64,000 nt of DNA from assembly GCA_964511835.1 (NCBI GenBank), contig CAZEII010000007.1, positions 54,089-118,088 of the forward strand, written 5' to 3'. The first letter of the stretch is position 1. Each line of letters starts with the position of its first letter. This stretch comes from an uncultured Acidobacteriota bacterium (GTDB lineage: Bacteria; Acidobacteriota; Polarisedimenticolia; Polarisedimenticolales; DASRJG01). The notes below the pieces were generated by a model. It saw only the letters and a list, made by a program, of their open reading frames with translations, did no database searches and was not told the origin of the DNA. Shown piece by piece: positions 36,223 to 47,357 of this stretch. The position numbers were made by a program, and so were the translations under genes.

Positions 36223-37029
36223 CTATCCCAGCAGGAATCGAACGAGCTCCGGGAAGCGGCCGGCCCAGGCGGCCTCGTTGTGGAGGCCGCCCTTGACCTC
36301 GATGTACCGTAGGTCGGGGCCCTCGCGGTACCCCTTGCGCACGAGGATGTCGCGCGCATGGCGGACCTTCTGCACGTACCCGCTCTTCGGGCGCCCTTCT
36401 TTGGTACCGACGTCAACGTAGATCCGTCCGCCGACGAACTTCGCCCGCTCGAGGTACTCGATCATGGCGCCTTGCGCGAAGCCGATCGACGGCGAGACCG
36501 CTCCGACGGCGCCGAAGACGTCGGGACGCTCGAAGAACGCGTAGAGGCTGATCAGCCCGCCCATCGAAGAGCCGATCGTCGCGGTCGCTTCGGGTTGCCC
36601 GGTCGTGCGGAACGCGTCGTCTACCAGCGGCTTGACCGTGTCGACGATGAACTTCAGGTAGTCCGCCGCGCGGCCGCCCCCGAGACGCGCGTCGTGGAAC
36701 GGGCTGTACTCCGACAGCCGGTCCACGCCGGCGTTGGGCAACCCGACGACGATCGCTTCGAGCCCTTCCTTCGCCAGCGCCTCCAGCGCTTCGTCGACGC
36801 GCCACTCCCCTGCGTAGCTCGTGGCCGCATCGAAGAGGTTCTGGCCGTCGTGCATGTAGAGGGTGGGAAAGGTCTGGTTGGCCGTCGGATAGGACGGAGG
36901 CAAATACACGAGGATCTCGCGGCTGTTGCTGAGCTCGGCGCTCTTGACGCCGCGGAGCACCTTGACGGTGCCCGCGACGCGCCCCGAGCCTCCCTCGTAG
37001 ACGTCCTCGTAATCGAGCCAGTCCGTCAT
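36223..37029 (-). CDS. alpha/beta hydrolase, putative esterase family (enterochelin-esterase-like)
   Basis: LVYLPPSYP...FPTLYMHDGQNLFD and IGSSMGGLISLY (GxSxG). Confidence 0.8.
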   Translation of the reverse strand: MTDWLDYEDVYEGGSGRVAGTVKVLRGVKSAELSNSREILVYLPPSYPTANQTFPTLYMHDGQNLFDAATSYAGEWRVDEALEALAKEGLEAIVVGLPNAGVDRLSEYSPFHDARLGGGRAADYLKFIVDTVKPLVDDAFRTTGQPEATATIGSSMGGLISLYAFFERPDVFGAVGAVSPSIGFAQGAMIEYLERAKFVGGRIYVDVGTKEGRPKSGYVQKVRHARDILVRKGYREGPDLRYIEVKGGLHNEAAWAGRFPELVRFLLG

Positions 37030-37382
37030 CGCCGCCGAACGATATCAAGTCAGGGCGCGGGCGGCATCGGCTCCATGGGGTAACCCAGTTTTTTGCCGAG
37101 CGCTCCATAGCTGAAACGCGGCATGAAGAGCATCTTCGACTCTCCGACGCCACATCGGGCGCATCAGCGTGACGAGCCCGGCCACCACGGCGGCACCGAG
37201 GGCGAGCATTCTCGGTGCCGGCCATTCCGCGGGAAAAACGCTCAGCCATTCCCGGCGGGCGACGAAGACCGAGATCGCGAAGAGTTACACCAGAACGAGG
37301 ATCTGCGAGGTCAGATAGGTGCTCTTGGGCGGAAGCGGAGCGGCGGATGTCCTCCGAGCCGACCTGATTGCCGACGTGCACG

Positions 37383-38654
37383 TCAGGATTCCTTCGGAAG
37401 GCGTCCGAGACTCCACTTGAGCGCCGGCGGCGTCAAAAAGGTCGTCACGATCACCATGATGACGGTGGCCGAGAAGATGGCAGGGTCGACGATCCGCTCG
37501 TTCGCGACGGTGAGCCCGAGGCCGATGTTCGCAAAGATGAGGCCGACTTCGCCGCGCGGGATCATGCCGAGACCGACCGTCACTCGATCAACCCCTTGGC
37601 CGATCACGCCGAGCGAGCAGGCCTGCTTGCCGACGACGGCGGCGATCGTGAGGCAGCCCGCGAGACCGAGCATCCCGGGCTCGGCGAATGATCGCAGGTC
37701 GGTCAACATGCCCATCTGGACGAAGAAGATCGGCACGAGGAACGACGAGATGGGGCGCATCGACTCTTCGAGAGGCTGGGCCCCTCGCCGTACGCATTCC
37801 GCGGTATGGCGGGGTTCGATGATCAGTCCCGCGACGAAGGCGCCGACGATCGGCGCGAGCTGAATCGCGTTCGCGAGCCATGCGAGGGAAAAACAGAGGC
37901 CCAATCCGAGCGCCGGAAGGACGCCGGTGGAGCGGAAGCGCGAGGCGAGCGCGAAGACGCGGGGAACCAAGAGCGCGCCCAGGGCCAGCGAGCCGCAGAT
38001 GAAGGCGATCGCCTTGACGAGCGGCCGGCCGATCTCTCCCCACGAGAACGGATCGCCATGATCCGCGCTGACGACCATCCCGATGACGGCAGAGAGAATG
38101 ACGAGGCCGAGAACGTCGTCGATCACGGCGGCGCCCAAGATGACCCGGGCCTCCTTGCTCTGCAGCCGCCCCAAGTCCTTGAAGACGCGCGCGGTGATCC
38201 CGACGCTCGTTGCGCACAGCGTCGCCCCCATGAACACGTGGAGATAGACGGACGATTGCGGCAAGAGCCACGCCGAGACGCCCCAACCGAGAAGGAACGG
38301 CGCAGCCACCCCGAGCGTTGCAACGACGAGCGACGAGGCGCCCACGCTCATCATCTGCCGGACCGTCGATTCGAGCCCGACCTCGAACAGGAGGATCAGG
38401 ACGCCGATCCGCGCGAGCATGTCGATCGACGCGTCGTGCTTGATCGCGTCGAGCCCATGGACCCCCACGAGGCCGAGGTTTCCCAGCGCCACGCCGGCGA
38501 TCAGCTCGCCCAGAACCGATGGCTGGCCGAGGCGGCTCGCGACCTCCCCGCCGAGCTTGGCGGCCACGAGGATCAGCGCGACCGCCAGCACCACCGTCGC
38601 GACCGGGTCGCGATGGGCGCCGGCCGCGAGAAGCGTCAGGGGGATTCCATGCAT
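37383..38654 (-). CDS. cation:proton antiporter (CPA2 / Kef-type Na+/H+ exchanger family)
   Basis: Polytopic: GQPSVLGELIAGVALGN, ARIGVLILLFEVGLE and ILGAAVIDDVLGLVIL. Internal ATG (MHGIPLTLL) chosen. Confidence 0.85.
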   Translation of the reverse strand: MHGIPLTLLAAGAHRDPVATVVLAVALILVAAKLGGEVASRLGQPSVLGELIAGVALGNLGLVGVHGLDAIKHDASIDMLARIGVLILLFEVGLESTVRQMMSVGASSLVVATLGVAAPFLLGWGVSAWLLPQSSVYLHVFMGATLCATSVGITARVFKDLGRLQSKEARVILGAAVIDDVLGLVILSAVIGMVVSADHGDPFSWGEIGRPLVKAIAFICGSLALGALLVPRVFALASRFRSTGVLPALGLGLCFSLAWLANAIQLAPIVGAFVAGLIIEPRHTAECVRRGAQPLEESMRPISSFLVPIFFVQMGMLTDLRSFAEPGMLGLAGCLTIAAVVGKQACSLGVIGQGVDRVTVGLGMIPRGEVGLIFANIGLGLTVANERIVDPAIFSATVIMVIVTTFLTPPALKWSLGRLPKES

Positions 38655-38707
38655 GCGGCGGCCATGATAGAACTCCTCGCTACCTTGTTGATCCACGGAG
38701 AACGCCC

Positions 38708-39604
38708 ATGAAGAACTCGTTGCTCGTCCCCGCAGCGATCGTCTCCTTCGCACTCGCCCCGGCGGCCGCGCGCGCCCAGGGGGACGACTTCGCCAAGGTC
38801 GAGATCAAACCGACGAAGGTCGCCGGCTCCGTCTGGATGCTCCAAGGAGCGGGAGGGAACATCGGCGTCTCCTCCGGCCCCGACGGACTGCTGATCGTCG
38901 ACGATCAGTTCCTTCCGCTGGCCGACAAGATCAAAGTCGCCTTGAAAGGGATCTCACCCGACGGCAAGCTCGCATTCGTCGTCAACACGCACTGGCACGG
39001 CGATCATACCGGCGGCAATCGCGTCTTCGGAAAAGAGGCGACGATCATCGCGCAAAGCAACGTCCGGAAGCGCCTGTCGGTCCCGCAGGAGCGGAACGGC
39101 AAGCCGATCGATGCGTCGCCGAAGGAAGCGCTGCCCGTCGTCACGTTCGATGACGGCGTGACGATTTGGTTCAACGGCGAGGAGATCCAAGTGCTCCACC
39201 TGCCCCACGGCCACACCGACGGGGACGCGATCATCTTCTTCAAGGGCTCGAACGTCGTTCACATGGGTGACCAGTTCTTCAATGGGATGTTCCCGTTCAT
39301 CGACGTCGCGTCGGGGGGTGACGCTGCCGGCTACGTCAAGAATGTCGCGGACATGATCGCCAAGATCCCGGCCGACGCGAAGATCATCCCCGGCCACGGC
39401 CCGCTCGGCACGCTCGAGGATCTCAAGAAGTTCCACGCGATGCTCGCGGCCACCACCGACATCGTCAGGTCGGAGGTCGCGAAAGGACTGTCGCTGGAAG
39501 ATGCGAAGAAAGCCGGGCTTCCCGACCAGTACAAGCCTTTCGCAACCGACTTCGTGACCGTCGACCGCTGGGTCGAGATGCTCTACACCTCTCTCAAGCG
39601 GTAG
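38708..39604 (+). CDS. MBL-fold metallo-hydrolase, secreted
   Basis: Signal peptide MKNSLLVPAAIVSFALAPAAARA and NTHWHGDHTGGN (HxHxDH). Confidence 0.85.
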   Translation: MKNSLLVPAAIVSFALAPAAARAQGDDFAKVEIKPTKVAGSVWMLQGAGGNIGVSSGPDGLLIVDDQFLPLADKIKVALKGISPDGKLAFVVNTHWHGDHTGGNRVFGKEATIIAQSNVRKRLSVPQERNGKPIDASPKEALPVVTFDDGVTIWFNGEEIQVLHLPHGHTDGDAIIFFKGSNVVHMGDQFFNGMFPFIDVASGGDAAGYVKNVADMIAKIPADAKIIPGHGPLGTLEDLKKFHAMLAATTDIVRSEVAKGLSLEDAKKAGLPDQYKPFATDFVTVDRWVEMLYTSLKR

Positions 39605-39619
39605 GGGACACGCCCCTAC
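39601..39619. terminator. perfect hairpin GTAGGGGACACGCCCCTAC. REP-like solo element and putative bidirectional terminator.
   Basis: 8-bp arms with a 3-nt loop. The TAG stop of the + gene (39602-39604) and the TAG stop of the - gene (cta, 39616-39618) both lie in the stem arms. It begins with GTAG. Confidence 0.65.
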
Positions 39620-40509
39620 GGATTGAACGGGGAGCTTTCGACCAGCGCCCCTCGGACACCGAGGGCGTCGCGGGATTCGAGTACGCGCGCGGGCGTGACA
39701 CGGATCAGGCGGAGAGCGCCGGCGGACGCCGTCGCGTGCGATTCATCCCAGTCGATGGAAGCCGCTCCCGTGAGCTGGACGACACGGCCCGACTCGAAAT
39801 CGAGGAAGAGCAGTCCCGCGAGGGGCGTGATCTCGATATTGCCCAGCGACTGGAACATGTTGTTGCCGGTGTAGTCGGGAATGACGAGAGTCCCGTCCCT
39901 CTCGATGCGGACGAACCCCGGCCTACCCCCGCGGTGCGATGCGTCCGCGCCGCCTTCGGAGACGGTCGCCATGAAGAAGGTGTCGGCGGATTCGATGAAG
40001 CCGCGCTGGTCATGGGTCAAGGTCTCGGAGTCCGACAGACGGGCCGCGGGGCTTCGGGCGATTGGCTCGAGGTGCCTGACCTGGATGTACTTCCGGCAGT
40101 TCCCGAACGCCTCGTGCACGCGCAAGCGGAATCGTCCGAGCCCGATCGTCTCCCCAACGCCGTTGACGCGGTAGCGCGATCGGGTCGAAAGGTCGATCGC
40201 GAGTAGGGCCATCGGACCGGGCCGCCGCAGGTTCTCGTGGATCGGATCGCTCGCGTCGAAGCCTCCTGTGAGCAGGAGCGTGACGTCGTCCTGGACTCGA
40301 GCGAGTCCGGGTGGGCCCGACACGGGTGAGGCCCAGGGTCTTCCACGATCGTCGATCGACGCGACGACGAGGAACGGCTGCTCCTCGATGAACTCCGCCG
40401 CATCCGAATCGATCCGGGTCGCCACGATCCGTCCGACCCGCATCGCTCGCTCCCGGACGCCGGCCTTCTCCTGGACGGCTTTCTCGCCGCGATGAAAGGG
40501 ATCTCTCAT
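39616..40509 (-). CDS. pyridoxamine 5'-phosphate oxidase-family (FMN-binding split-barrel) protein
   Basis: MRDPFHRGEKAVQEKAGVRERAMRVG...EQPFLVVASIDDRGRPWASP, with two split-barrel-like halves. Confidence 0.7.
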   Translation of the reverse strand: MRDPFHRGEKAVQEKAGVRERAMRVGRIVATRIDSDAAEFIEEQPFLVVASIDDRGRPWASPVSGPPGLARVQDDVTLLLTGGFDASDPIHENLRRPGPMALLAIDLSTRSRYRVNGVGETIGLGRFRLRVHEAFGNCRKYIQVRHLEPIARSPAARLSDSETLTHDQRGFIESADTFFMATVSEGGADASHRGGRPGFVRIERDGTLVIPDYTGNNMFQSLGNIEITPLAGLLFLDFESGRVVQLTGAASIDWDESHATASAGALRLIRVTPARVLESRDALGVRGALVESSPFNP

Positions 40510-40565
40510 GGGAGAAGGAAGTGTAGCGTTCGCACCCTTGGGAGCGCCCACTAGAATGGGCCGCC

Positions 40566-42503
40566 GTGAGCCATGCCACGCTCCCCCGGGCTTTCTGGAC
40601 TGCCGCTCCCGCTCTTGCCGCGATGATCGTGTACGGGGTCACGCTGCGCGGAGCCTTCCTGTACGACGACGAGCTGATCATCAAACAGAACCGCTGGGTT
40701 CACGATGCTGGTGCGCTGCCGCAGATTCTCCTGAAACCGCTTCTGCCCGCGCCCCCAGCAGGCGCCACGAACTACTACCGGCCCGTCGTGCTCGGTCTCT
40801 ACAACGTGACTTGGAGGATCGGAGGTGGACGCCCGTTCGCGTTTCATCTCCTCAACGTCGCGCTCCACATGATCAACGCGACGCTCCTGCTCCAGCTCGT
40901 TCGGCGCGTGACCGGGGACACGGCCCGGATTGCGGAGGGCTCGGCGATCCTCTTCGCGGTGCATCCGCTCACGACCGAAGTCGTGGCCTGGCCGAGCTGT
41001 CTCCCCGAGCTGACGTACGCCGCTCTCGGTCTCGCCGTTCTCCTGATGCGTGTGATCTCCTGGACGCGCGAGGGCTGGGCGGCGAGAGGGTGGCTGCTGG
41101 GTGCGGGCTTCGCTTTCGGGCTCGCTTGCGCGTGCAAGGAGTCGGCGGTCGCGCTCATCCCACTCATCGGATTGCTGGAGCTGTGGGTGCGACCCGCCCG
41201 TTCGACGGACGTGCGCCGGCGGTGGCTTTCCGCCCTGGGAAGCGCCGTTCCGTACGTCGTGGCGTTCGTCATGTTCATGATCGTTCGGAGCTCCGTCCTC
41301 GGGGGATTCGTTCCTCGCGGATTCCACCCGACGAAGACTCCGTTCGACGCGGCGCTGAACGCGCCCTGGCTCCTTCTGCGCTACGTCAAGTCGATGCTCT
41401 TCCCGTTCACGCTGCTCGTCGAGCATCTCGTGCCGCTCGCGACGTCCGTCGCGGATCCCAGGTTTCTCGTCGGCGCCATCGTCGTCCTCGCCGGCATCGC
41501 CGGCGCGCTCGTCCTGCGGAGGCGTCGACCCGACCTCGCCTTCGCGGCCGCGGTCGCCGTTCTGCCGATTCTCCCCGCGCTCTATTTGCCCGCCCTCGGC
41601 CGCGATTCCTGGGCCGAGCGCTATGCGTATCTCGGTGTCGCAGGTTTCTGCTGGCTGACCGCCGGCGGCCTCGGGGCGCTCCTGTCGAGGCGCCTCGAGA
41701 CAGCTCCGCGCCGGGTGCTTCCCGCCTTCGTCGGCGTTCTCGCCGTCGCCGCCGGAGCGCGCACGTTCGCGCGTTGCGCCGACTGGCACGACGACGGTAC
41801 GCTCGGGGCTGCTACGATCGCCGTCGAGCCCAGGGCGTCGATCGGGTACTTGCTGCTCGGGAATTGGCACGCGCGGGAGGGGCGGAAAGAGGATGCGTTG
41901 CGCGCATTTCAAGATGGCGTCGCTCACGTGCCCGACAACGCGGAGCTGCAGCTCGACGCCGTCGCGCTCTCGATCGGGCTCGGCCGGCTTTCGCCGCAGG
42001 ATGCGGCGGCCGCCTATCAGCGGCTGTCCGCCGACGCCCCCGCGAACGCATCGGTTCAGTACAACCTCGGGCAAGTTCTTCTCGAGGCCGGACGCGTCGA
42101 CGAGGCACGAGGTGCGTTCAGCCGCTCCCTCGAACTGGCTCCCGCCTCGGTCCCCGCGATGACGGCGCTCGCCGTCATCGCCTCCCAGCGCGGCGACTCC
42201 GCCGAGTCGATTCGCCTTTGCCGCAAGGCCCTGGCGATCGACGCGCGCTCCACGCCGGCCTTGCAGCAGCTCGCCGTCGCGCTGCTCCGCTCGGGTGACA
42301 CCGCGGGCGCCTTGGCCGCGCTCGAGCGCGCGATCGCGATCGACCCGTCCGACAAGGAAACCCTGAACCGCTTGGGCGTCGCCTATGCCCGCGCCGGACG
42401 CATGGAGGAGGCGCGCCGTTCCTGGGAGCGGGCCCTGACCATCGACCCCGGCTTCGCCGGCGCCCGGCAGAATCTCGATCGCCTGCAGCGCGCCAACCCG
42501 TAG
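40566..42503 (+). CDS. multi-pass membrane protein with C-terminal TPR repeats (TMTC-like / GT-C-like), paralogue 2
   Basis: The N-terminus GAFLYDDELIIKQNRWV parallels ASYDFIELDDRGYVADNAIV of 24472..26157. There are many TM helices and C-terminal TPRs (YNLGQVLLEAGRVDEARGAFSRSLELAP...). Confidence 0.75.
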   Translation: MSHATLPRAFWTAAPALAAMIVYGVTLRGAFLYDDELIIKQNRWVHDAGALPQILLKPLLPAPPAGATNYYRPVVLGLYNVTWRIGGGRPFAFHLLNVALHMINATLLLQLVRRVTGDTARIAEGSAILFAVHPLTTEVVAWPSCLPELTYAALGLAVLLMRVISWTREGWAARGWLLGAGFAFGLACACKESAVALIPLIGLLELWVRPARSTDVRRRWLSALGSAVPYVVAFVMFMIVRSSVLGGFVPRGFHPTKTPFDAALNAPWLLLRYVKSMLFPFTLLVEHLVPLATSVADPRFLVGAIVVLAGIAGALVLRRRRPDLAFAAAVAVLPILPALYLPALGRDSWAERYAYLGVAGFCWLTAGGLGALLSRRLETAPRRVLPAFVGVLAVAAGARTFARCADWHDDGTLGAATIAVEPRASIGYLLLGNWHAREGRKEDALRAFQDGVAHVPDNAELQLDAVALSIGLGRLSPQDAAAAYQRLSADAPANASVQYNLGQVLLEAGRVDEARGAFSRSLELAPASVPAMTALAVIASQRGDSAESIRLCRKALAIDARSTPALQQLAVALLRSGDTAGALAALERAIAIDPSDKETLNRLGVAYARAGRMEEARRSWERALTIDPGFAGARQNLDRLQRANP

Positions 42504-42513
42504 GAGAGAGCGA

Positions 42514-43071
42514 ATGCGCGTTTCCGTTCCGCTGCGCCGCGCTTACAAGCTGATCAATCACGGTCCGACGACGCTGATCACGTCGGAAGCGTCCGGCCGG
42601 CGCAACGTCATGACCGCGGCTTGGGTGATGGCGATCGACTACGATCCCGCCCGGCTGGTCGCCGTGATCGCGGCCGACACGCTGACGCGGAAGCTCGTCG
42701 ACGAGTCCGGGGAGTTCGTCGTGAACGTTCCGACCGTCAAGCTGCTCGACGCCGTGTACGCGATCGGGCAGGTCTCCGGCGAAGAGACCGACAAGTTCGA
42801 CGAGCACGCGCTCGTGACGTCTCCGGCGTCGATCGTCAGGGCGCCGCTCCTCGAGGGGTGCGCAGCTTGGCTCGAATGCAGGGTGATTCCCGAGCCCGAG
42901 ATTCGGGAGAAGTACGATCTCTATGTGGCGGACGTCGTCGCCGCTTGGGCGGACGATGCCTCCTTCGTCGAGGGCGTGTGGCGGTTCGCGACCGACGCCG
43001 ACCGTACGCTGCATCATCTGTCCGCGGGGGCGTTCGTCACCAGCGGCGACATCGTGAAGGCCAAATCGTAG
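42514..43071 (+). CDS. flavin reductase family protein
   Basis: PTTLITSEASGRRNVMTAAWVMAIDYDPARLVAVI and GEFVVNVP. Confidence 0.8.
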   Translation: MRVSVPLRRAYKLINHGPTTLITSEASGRRNVMTAAWVMAIDYDPARLVAVIAADTLTRKLVDESGEFVVNVPTVKLLDAVYAIGQVSGEETDKFDEHALVTSPASIVRAPLLEGCAAWLECRVIPEPEIREKYDLYVADVVAAWADDASFVEGVWRFATDADRTLHHLSAGAFVTSGDIVKAKS

Positions 43072-43084
43072 GAAGGAGTCCGTC

Positions 43085-44734
43085 ATGCGCCGGCTTCCGC
43101 TCGCATTCAGCTTGGTGGCCGTGGCTCTCGCCCCCGCCGTCGCGGTGGACCCTCCCACCTCGAAGATCACCGCTACCGGTTTGATGCGCGACATCAAGGC
43201 GCTGTCGGACGACGCGATGGGCGGGCGCGGTCCGGGAAGCGCCGGCGACAAGATGGCGCGCACCTACATTGCGAACCGCCTCAAGGAGATCGGCTTCGCG
43301 CCCGGCGGCCCCGGAGGGGGCTGGGAGCAGCCGTTTCCCATCATCGGCATGACGATGGAGCATCCGGCATCGTGGACGTTCCGCGCCGCGTCCGGCAAGC
43401 AGGTTCCGTTCCGCTGGTGGGACGACTTCATCGGGAATTCCGGGGTGCAGGCGGCCAAGGTGTCGATCGAGAACGCCGAGGTCGTGTTCGCGGGGTATGC
43501 GATCGAGGCCCCCGAGTTCAAGTGGGACGACTTCAAGGGCGCGGATGTCGCGGGGAAGATCCTGCTCGTCTTGAACAACGATCCCGATTGGGACCCCAAT
43601 CTATTCGGCGGGAAGAAACGGCTGTACTACGGACGCTGGGACTACAAGTACGCGAGCGCCGCGAAGCACGGGGCGGCCGGCGCGATCATCATCCACACCG
43701 AGCCGTCCGCCGGGTACGGCTGGAACGTCGTCCAGACGTCCTGGTCGGGTACGGCGTTCGAGCTCAAGAGCCAGGGCGAGCCGCGCGTCAAGCTGCGGAG
43801 CTGGATGACCGAAGCCTCCGCCCGGCGGCTCGTGAAGATGTCGGGAAAGAGTCTCGACGCCCTCGTCGCCGCGGCGCGGAGCCGCGACTTCAAGCCGGTT
43901 TCGCTGGGGATCACCACCTCGATCTCCTTCGACGTAAAGCTCGAGGACACCGAAACCGCCAACGTGATCGGCGTTCTCGAGGGGTCCGACCCGGAGTATC
44001 GCGGCGAAGCGATGATTTACACCGCGCACCACGATCACCTCGGGATCGGCGCGCCCGACGCGACGGGTGACAAGATCTACAACGGGGCGCTCGACAACGC
44101 GTCCGGCTGCGCGCAGGTCCTGGCGATCGCCGAGGCGTTCGCGGCGACCGAGCCGCGCGGGAGACGGAGCGTGATGGCCGTGTTCGTCGGCGGCGAGGAG
44201 CAGGGATTGCTCGGCTCTCAGTATTTCGTCGCGCATCCCACGATCCCGATCGCGAAGATGGCAGCCAACCTCAACATCGACGGCGGCAACATCTTCGGCC
44301 GCACGACCGACGTCGCGATCGTCGGGAAGGGGAAATCCGATCTCGAGATGAGGCTCGCGGCCGCTGCCAACGGGCAGCACCGCGAAGTCGTCGACGAGCC
44401 GGAGCCCGACAAGGGTTACTACTACCGCTCCGATCAGCTCAGCTTCGCGCGCGTCGGCGTCCCCGCCCTTTATTTCAAGTCGGGGCAGACCTACGTCGGC
44501 CGTCCCGCGGGCTGGGGGAAGGAGAAGGAGGCCGAATACCGGAAGACCCGCTACCACCAGCCGAGCGACGTCGTCACGCCGGAGTGGAACTTGGACGGCA
44601 TGGTAGACGACGATGTGCTCGCGTACCGGGTCGGCTGGTCGATCGCGCAGGGCGGCGGGCTTCCCGCGTGGTTCCCCGGAGACGAGTTCGAGGCCAAGAG
44701 GAAAGCCGCACTCTCCGGCGGTGCCGCCAAGTAA
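43085..44734 (+). CDS. M28 family peptidase with PA domain, secreted
   Basis: Signal peptide. [31 protein letters not shown] and YHQPSD. Confidence 0.85.
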   Translation: MRRLPLAFSLVAVALAPAVAVDPPTSKITATGLMRDIKALSDDAMGGRGPGSAGDKMARTYIANRLKEIGFAPGGPGGGWEQPFPIIGMTMEHPASWTFRAASGKQVPFRWWDDFIGNSGVQAAKVSIENAEVVFAGYAIEAPEFKWDDFKGADVAGKILLVLNNDPDWDPNLFGGKKRLYYGRWDYKYASAAKHGAAGAIIIHTEPSAGYGWNVVQTSWSGTAFELKSQGEPRVKLRSWMTEASARRLVKMSGKSLDALVAAARSRDFKPVSLGITTSISFDVKLEDTETANVIGVLEGSDPEYRGEAMIYTAHHDHLGIGAPDATGDKIYNGALDNASGCAQVLAIAEAFAATEPRGRRSVMAVFVGGEEQGLLGSQYFVAHPTIPIAKMAANLNIDGGNIFGRTTDVAIVGKGKSDLEMRLAAAANGQHREVVDEPEPDKGYYYRSDQLSFARVGVPALYFKSGQTYVGRPAGWGKEKEAEYRKTRYHQPSDVVTPEWNLDGMVDDDVLAYRVGWSIAQGGGLPAWFPGDEFEAKRKAALSGGAAK

Positions 44735-44752
44735 GGGATCCGATTTCCGTCG

Positions 44753-45433
44753 GTGCTATTCTCCGACGGCATGGCCGGGGCGAACACAGCGGTATCCACG
44801 ATCGCCCGCAAGGCCGTGATGGCCGTCACCGGGCTCATCCTGTTCGGCTTCGTCCTCGTCCACATGATCGGGAACCTGCAAGTGTTCCTGCCCGATCACG
44901 AGGCGATCAATCACTACGGCCGGTTCCTGCGAGAGGCGCTTCACGGCGCCGGGATCTGGGTCGCCCGTGCGACGCTCCTCGGCGCCGTCGGACTTCACAT
45001 CGGCGCGGCGTGGTCGCTCAGCCGGACGAGCTGGAGGGCGCGCCCAGTTCCTTACAAGATCGTGACCCCAGATGCCTCGACGTATGCCTCGCGGACGATG
45101 CGCTGGAGCGGACCCATCCTCCTGCTCTTCATCGTCTACCACCTTCTCCATTTCACCGTCGGCACCGTCCATCCAGACTTCGTCGAAGGAAACGTCTACC
45201 GGAACGTCATCGTCGGCTTTTCGTCCTGGCCGGTGGCGGTCTCCTACATCGTCGCGATGCTGGCCCTCGGCCTTCACCTTCAACATGGCGCGTGGAGCAT
45301 GTTGCAGTCGCTCGGCGTGTCGCATCCCAGGTGGAACGGCCTTCGCAAGAGTGCGGCGACCGCCTTCACGCTGATCGTGGTCGCCGGATTCATCTCCGTT
45401 CCGCTGGCGGTCGTCGTCGGCATCCTGAAGTAG
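44753..45433 (+). CDS. sdhC: succinate dehydrogenase cytochrome b subunit (b558-type, single 5-TM anchor)
   Basis: [23 protein letters not shown] and [11 protein letters not shown] carry the heme-ligand His. It lies upstream of sdhA and sdhB. Confidence 0.8.
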   Translation: MLFSDGMAGANTAVSTIARKAVMAVTGLILFGFVLVHMIGNLQVFLPDHEAINHYGRFLREALHGAGIWVARATLLGAVGLHIGAAWSLSRTSWRARPVPYKIVTPDASTYASRTMRWSGPILLLFIVYHLLHFTVGTVHPDFVEGNVYRNVIVGFSSWPVAVSYIVAMLALGLHLQHGAWSMLQSLGVSHPRWNGLRKSAATAFTLIVVAGFISVPLAVVVGILK

Positions 45434-45441
45434 GGCGCGCC

Positions 45442-47355
45442 ATGGAGCTCCGTTCCAACGTCCCGGACGGGCCGATCGACACCAAGTGGACCCGGCACCG
45501 CTTCGAGATGAAGCTGGTCAACCCGGCGAACAAGCGGAAATACACCGTGATCGTCGTCGGCACGGGGCTGGCCGGGGGAGCGGCCGCCGCGTCGATGGCC
45601 GAGCTCGGCTATAACGTCAAGGCGTTCTGCTATCAGGATTCGCCGCGCCGGGCCCACTCGATCGCCGCTCAGGGTGGAATCAACGCCGCGAAGAACTACC
45701 AGAACGACGGCGACTCCGTCTGGCGCCTCTTTTACGACACGATCAAAGGGGGCGATTTTCGCGCGCGCGAGGCCAACGTTTATCGGCTCGCCGAGCTGTC
45801 CGTCAACATCATCGACCAGTGCGTCGCGCAGGGCGTGCCGTTCGCGCGCGAATACGGTGGCGTGCTGGCCAACCGCTCGTTCGGCGGTGCGCAGGTCTCG
45901 CGCACGTTCTACGCCCGAGGCCAGACCGGCCAGCAACTCCTCCTCGGCGCCTATCAGGCGATGGAGCGGCAGATAGGCCTGGGCAAGATCACGATGCACG
46001 CGCGGCACGAGATGCAGGACCTGATCGTCGTCGACGGCCGCGCCCGCGGGATCGTCGTGCGCGACATGGTCACGGGCGAGATCGAATCGCATCTCGGGGA
46101 CGCCGTCGTGCTCGCAACCGGCGGCTACGGAAACGTCTTCTACCTGTCGACGAACGCCACCGGCTGCAACGCGACCGCGATCTGGCGCGCCTACAAGCGC
46201 GGCGCGGCATTCGGCAATCCTTGTTACACGCAGATCCACCCGACCTGCATCCCCGTCAGCGGCGACCACCAGGCGAAGCTGACGCTGATGTCCGAGTCGC
46301 TGCGGAATGACGGGCGCATCTGGGTTCCGAAGCAAAAGGGGGACACCCGGACGGCCTCCGAGATTCCGGAACACCAGCGCGACTACTATCTCGAGCGGAA
46401 ATACCCGAGCTTCGGCAACCTCTCGCCACGCGACATCTCCTCGCGCGCCGCGAAGGAGGTGTGCGACGAGGGGCGTGGCGTAGGTCCCGGCGGCCTGGGC
46501 GTCTACCTCGATTTCGCCGACGCCATCAAGCGGCTGGGCGAGGCCGCGATTCGCGAGCGGTACGGGAACCTGTTCGACATGTACGAGCGGATCACAGACG
46601 AGAATCCCTATCGGGTGCCGATGCGCATCTTCCCTGCCGTGCACTACACGATGGGCGGCTTGTGGGTCGACTACAACCTGATGGCGACGCTTCCCGGGCT
46701 CCACGTCATCGGCGAGGCCAATTTCTCCGATCACGGGGCGAATCGCTTGGGCGCGTCGGCGCTGATGCAAGGGTTGGCCGACGGCTACTTCGTCATTCCG
46801 TACACGATCGGAGCCTACCTGGCCGGCGCGAAGCTCGAGAAGATCGGTGCCGACCACGCCGAGGTCAAGCGGACCGAAATCGAGGTGTCCGGCCGGATCG
46901 GACGGCTCCTCGCCATCGGCGGGAAACGGACGACGTCGTCGTTCCACCGCGAGCTCGGGAAGCTCATGTGGGAGCACTGCGGCATGGCGAGAAACGAGAG
47001 GGGGCTGACGGTCGCGCTCGCCGAGATCCCGAGACTCCGCGAGGAATTCTGGACGAACGCGCGGGTCGTCGGGGACGGCGCCGAGCTCAACCCGTCGCTC
47101 GAACACGCCGGGCGCGTGGCCGATTTTCTCGAGCTGGCCGAGCTGATGTGCCGCGATGCGCTCGAGAGGCGCGAGTCATGCGGCGGACACTTCCGCGAAG
47201 AGTACCAGACCGAAGACGGCGAAGCCCTTCGCGACGATCGGGATTTCTGTCACGTCGCCGCGTGGGAGCACCGGGGCCCGAACAACGATCCGCTGCGCCA
47301 CGTCGAGCCCCTGGCGTTCGAGAACGTCCACCTCGCGATGCGGAGCTACAAGTAG
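45442..47355 (+). CDS. sdhA: succinate dehydrogenase / fumarate reductase flavoprotein subunit
   Basis: [14 protein letters not shown] and [17 protein letters not shown] (FAD-linking His). Internal ATG of track ORF 44584..47355. Confidence 0.95.
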   Translation: MELRSNVPDGPIDTKWTRHRFEMKLVNPANKRKYTVIVVGTGLAGGAAAASMAELGYNVKAFCYQDSPRRAHSIAAQGGINAAKNYQNDGDSVWRLFYDTIKGGDFRAREANVYRLAELSVNIIDQCVAQGVPFAREYGGVLANRSFGGAQVSRTFYARGQTGQQLLLGAYQAMERQIGLGKITMHARHEMQDLIVVDGRARGIVVRDMVTGEIESHLGDAVVLATGGYGNVFYLSTNATGCNATAIWRAYKRGAAFGNPCYTQIHPTCIPVSGDHQAKLTLMSESLRNDGRIWVPKQKGDTRTASEIPEHQRDYYLERKYPSFGNLSPRDISSRAAKEVCDEGRGVGPGGLGVYLDFADAIKRLGEAAIRERYGNLFDMYERITDENPYRVPMRIFPAVHYTMGGLWVDYNLMATLPGLHVIGEANFSDHGANRLGASALMQGLADGYFVIPYTIGAYLAGAKLEKIGADHAEVKRTEIEVSGRIGRLLAIGGKRTTSSFHRELGKLMWEHCGMARNERGLTVALAEIPRLREEFWTNARVVGDGAELNPSLEHAGRVADFLELAELMCRDALERRESCGGHFREEYQTEDGEALRDDRDFCHVAAWEHRGPNNDPLRHVEPLAFENVHLAMRSYK

Positions 47356-47357
47356 CC

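Noticed and set aside
37030-37382. A 353-bp gap between the esterase and antiporter genes. On the minus strand it contains a hydrophobic reading frame interrupted by TAA (37285-37287), plus a 54-aa ORF (MLALGAAVVAGLVTLMRPMW...).
   Set aside because: There is no start codon upstream of the stop, no recognisable family and no SD. It is more simply the esterase promoter and antiporter terminator region. A pseudogene cannot be supported.
46335-46352. GGGGGACACCCGG inside sdhA, which resembles the GGGGACAC repeat core.
   Set aside because: There is no complementary arm and no flanking repeat sequence. It encodes the conserved KGDT region of SdhA, so the match is by chance.
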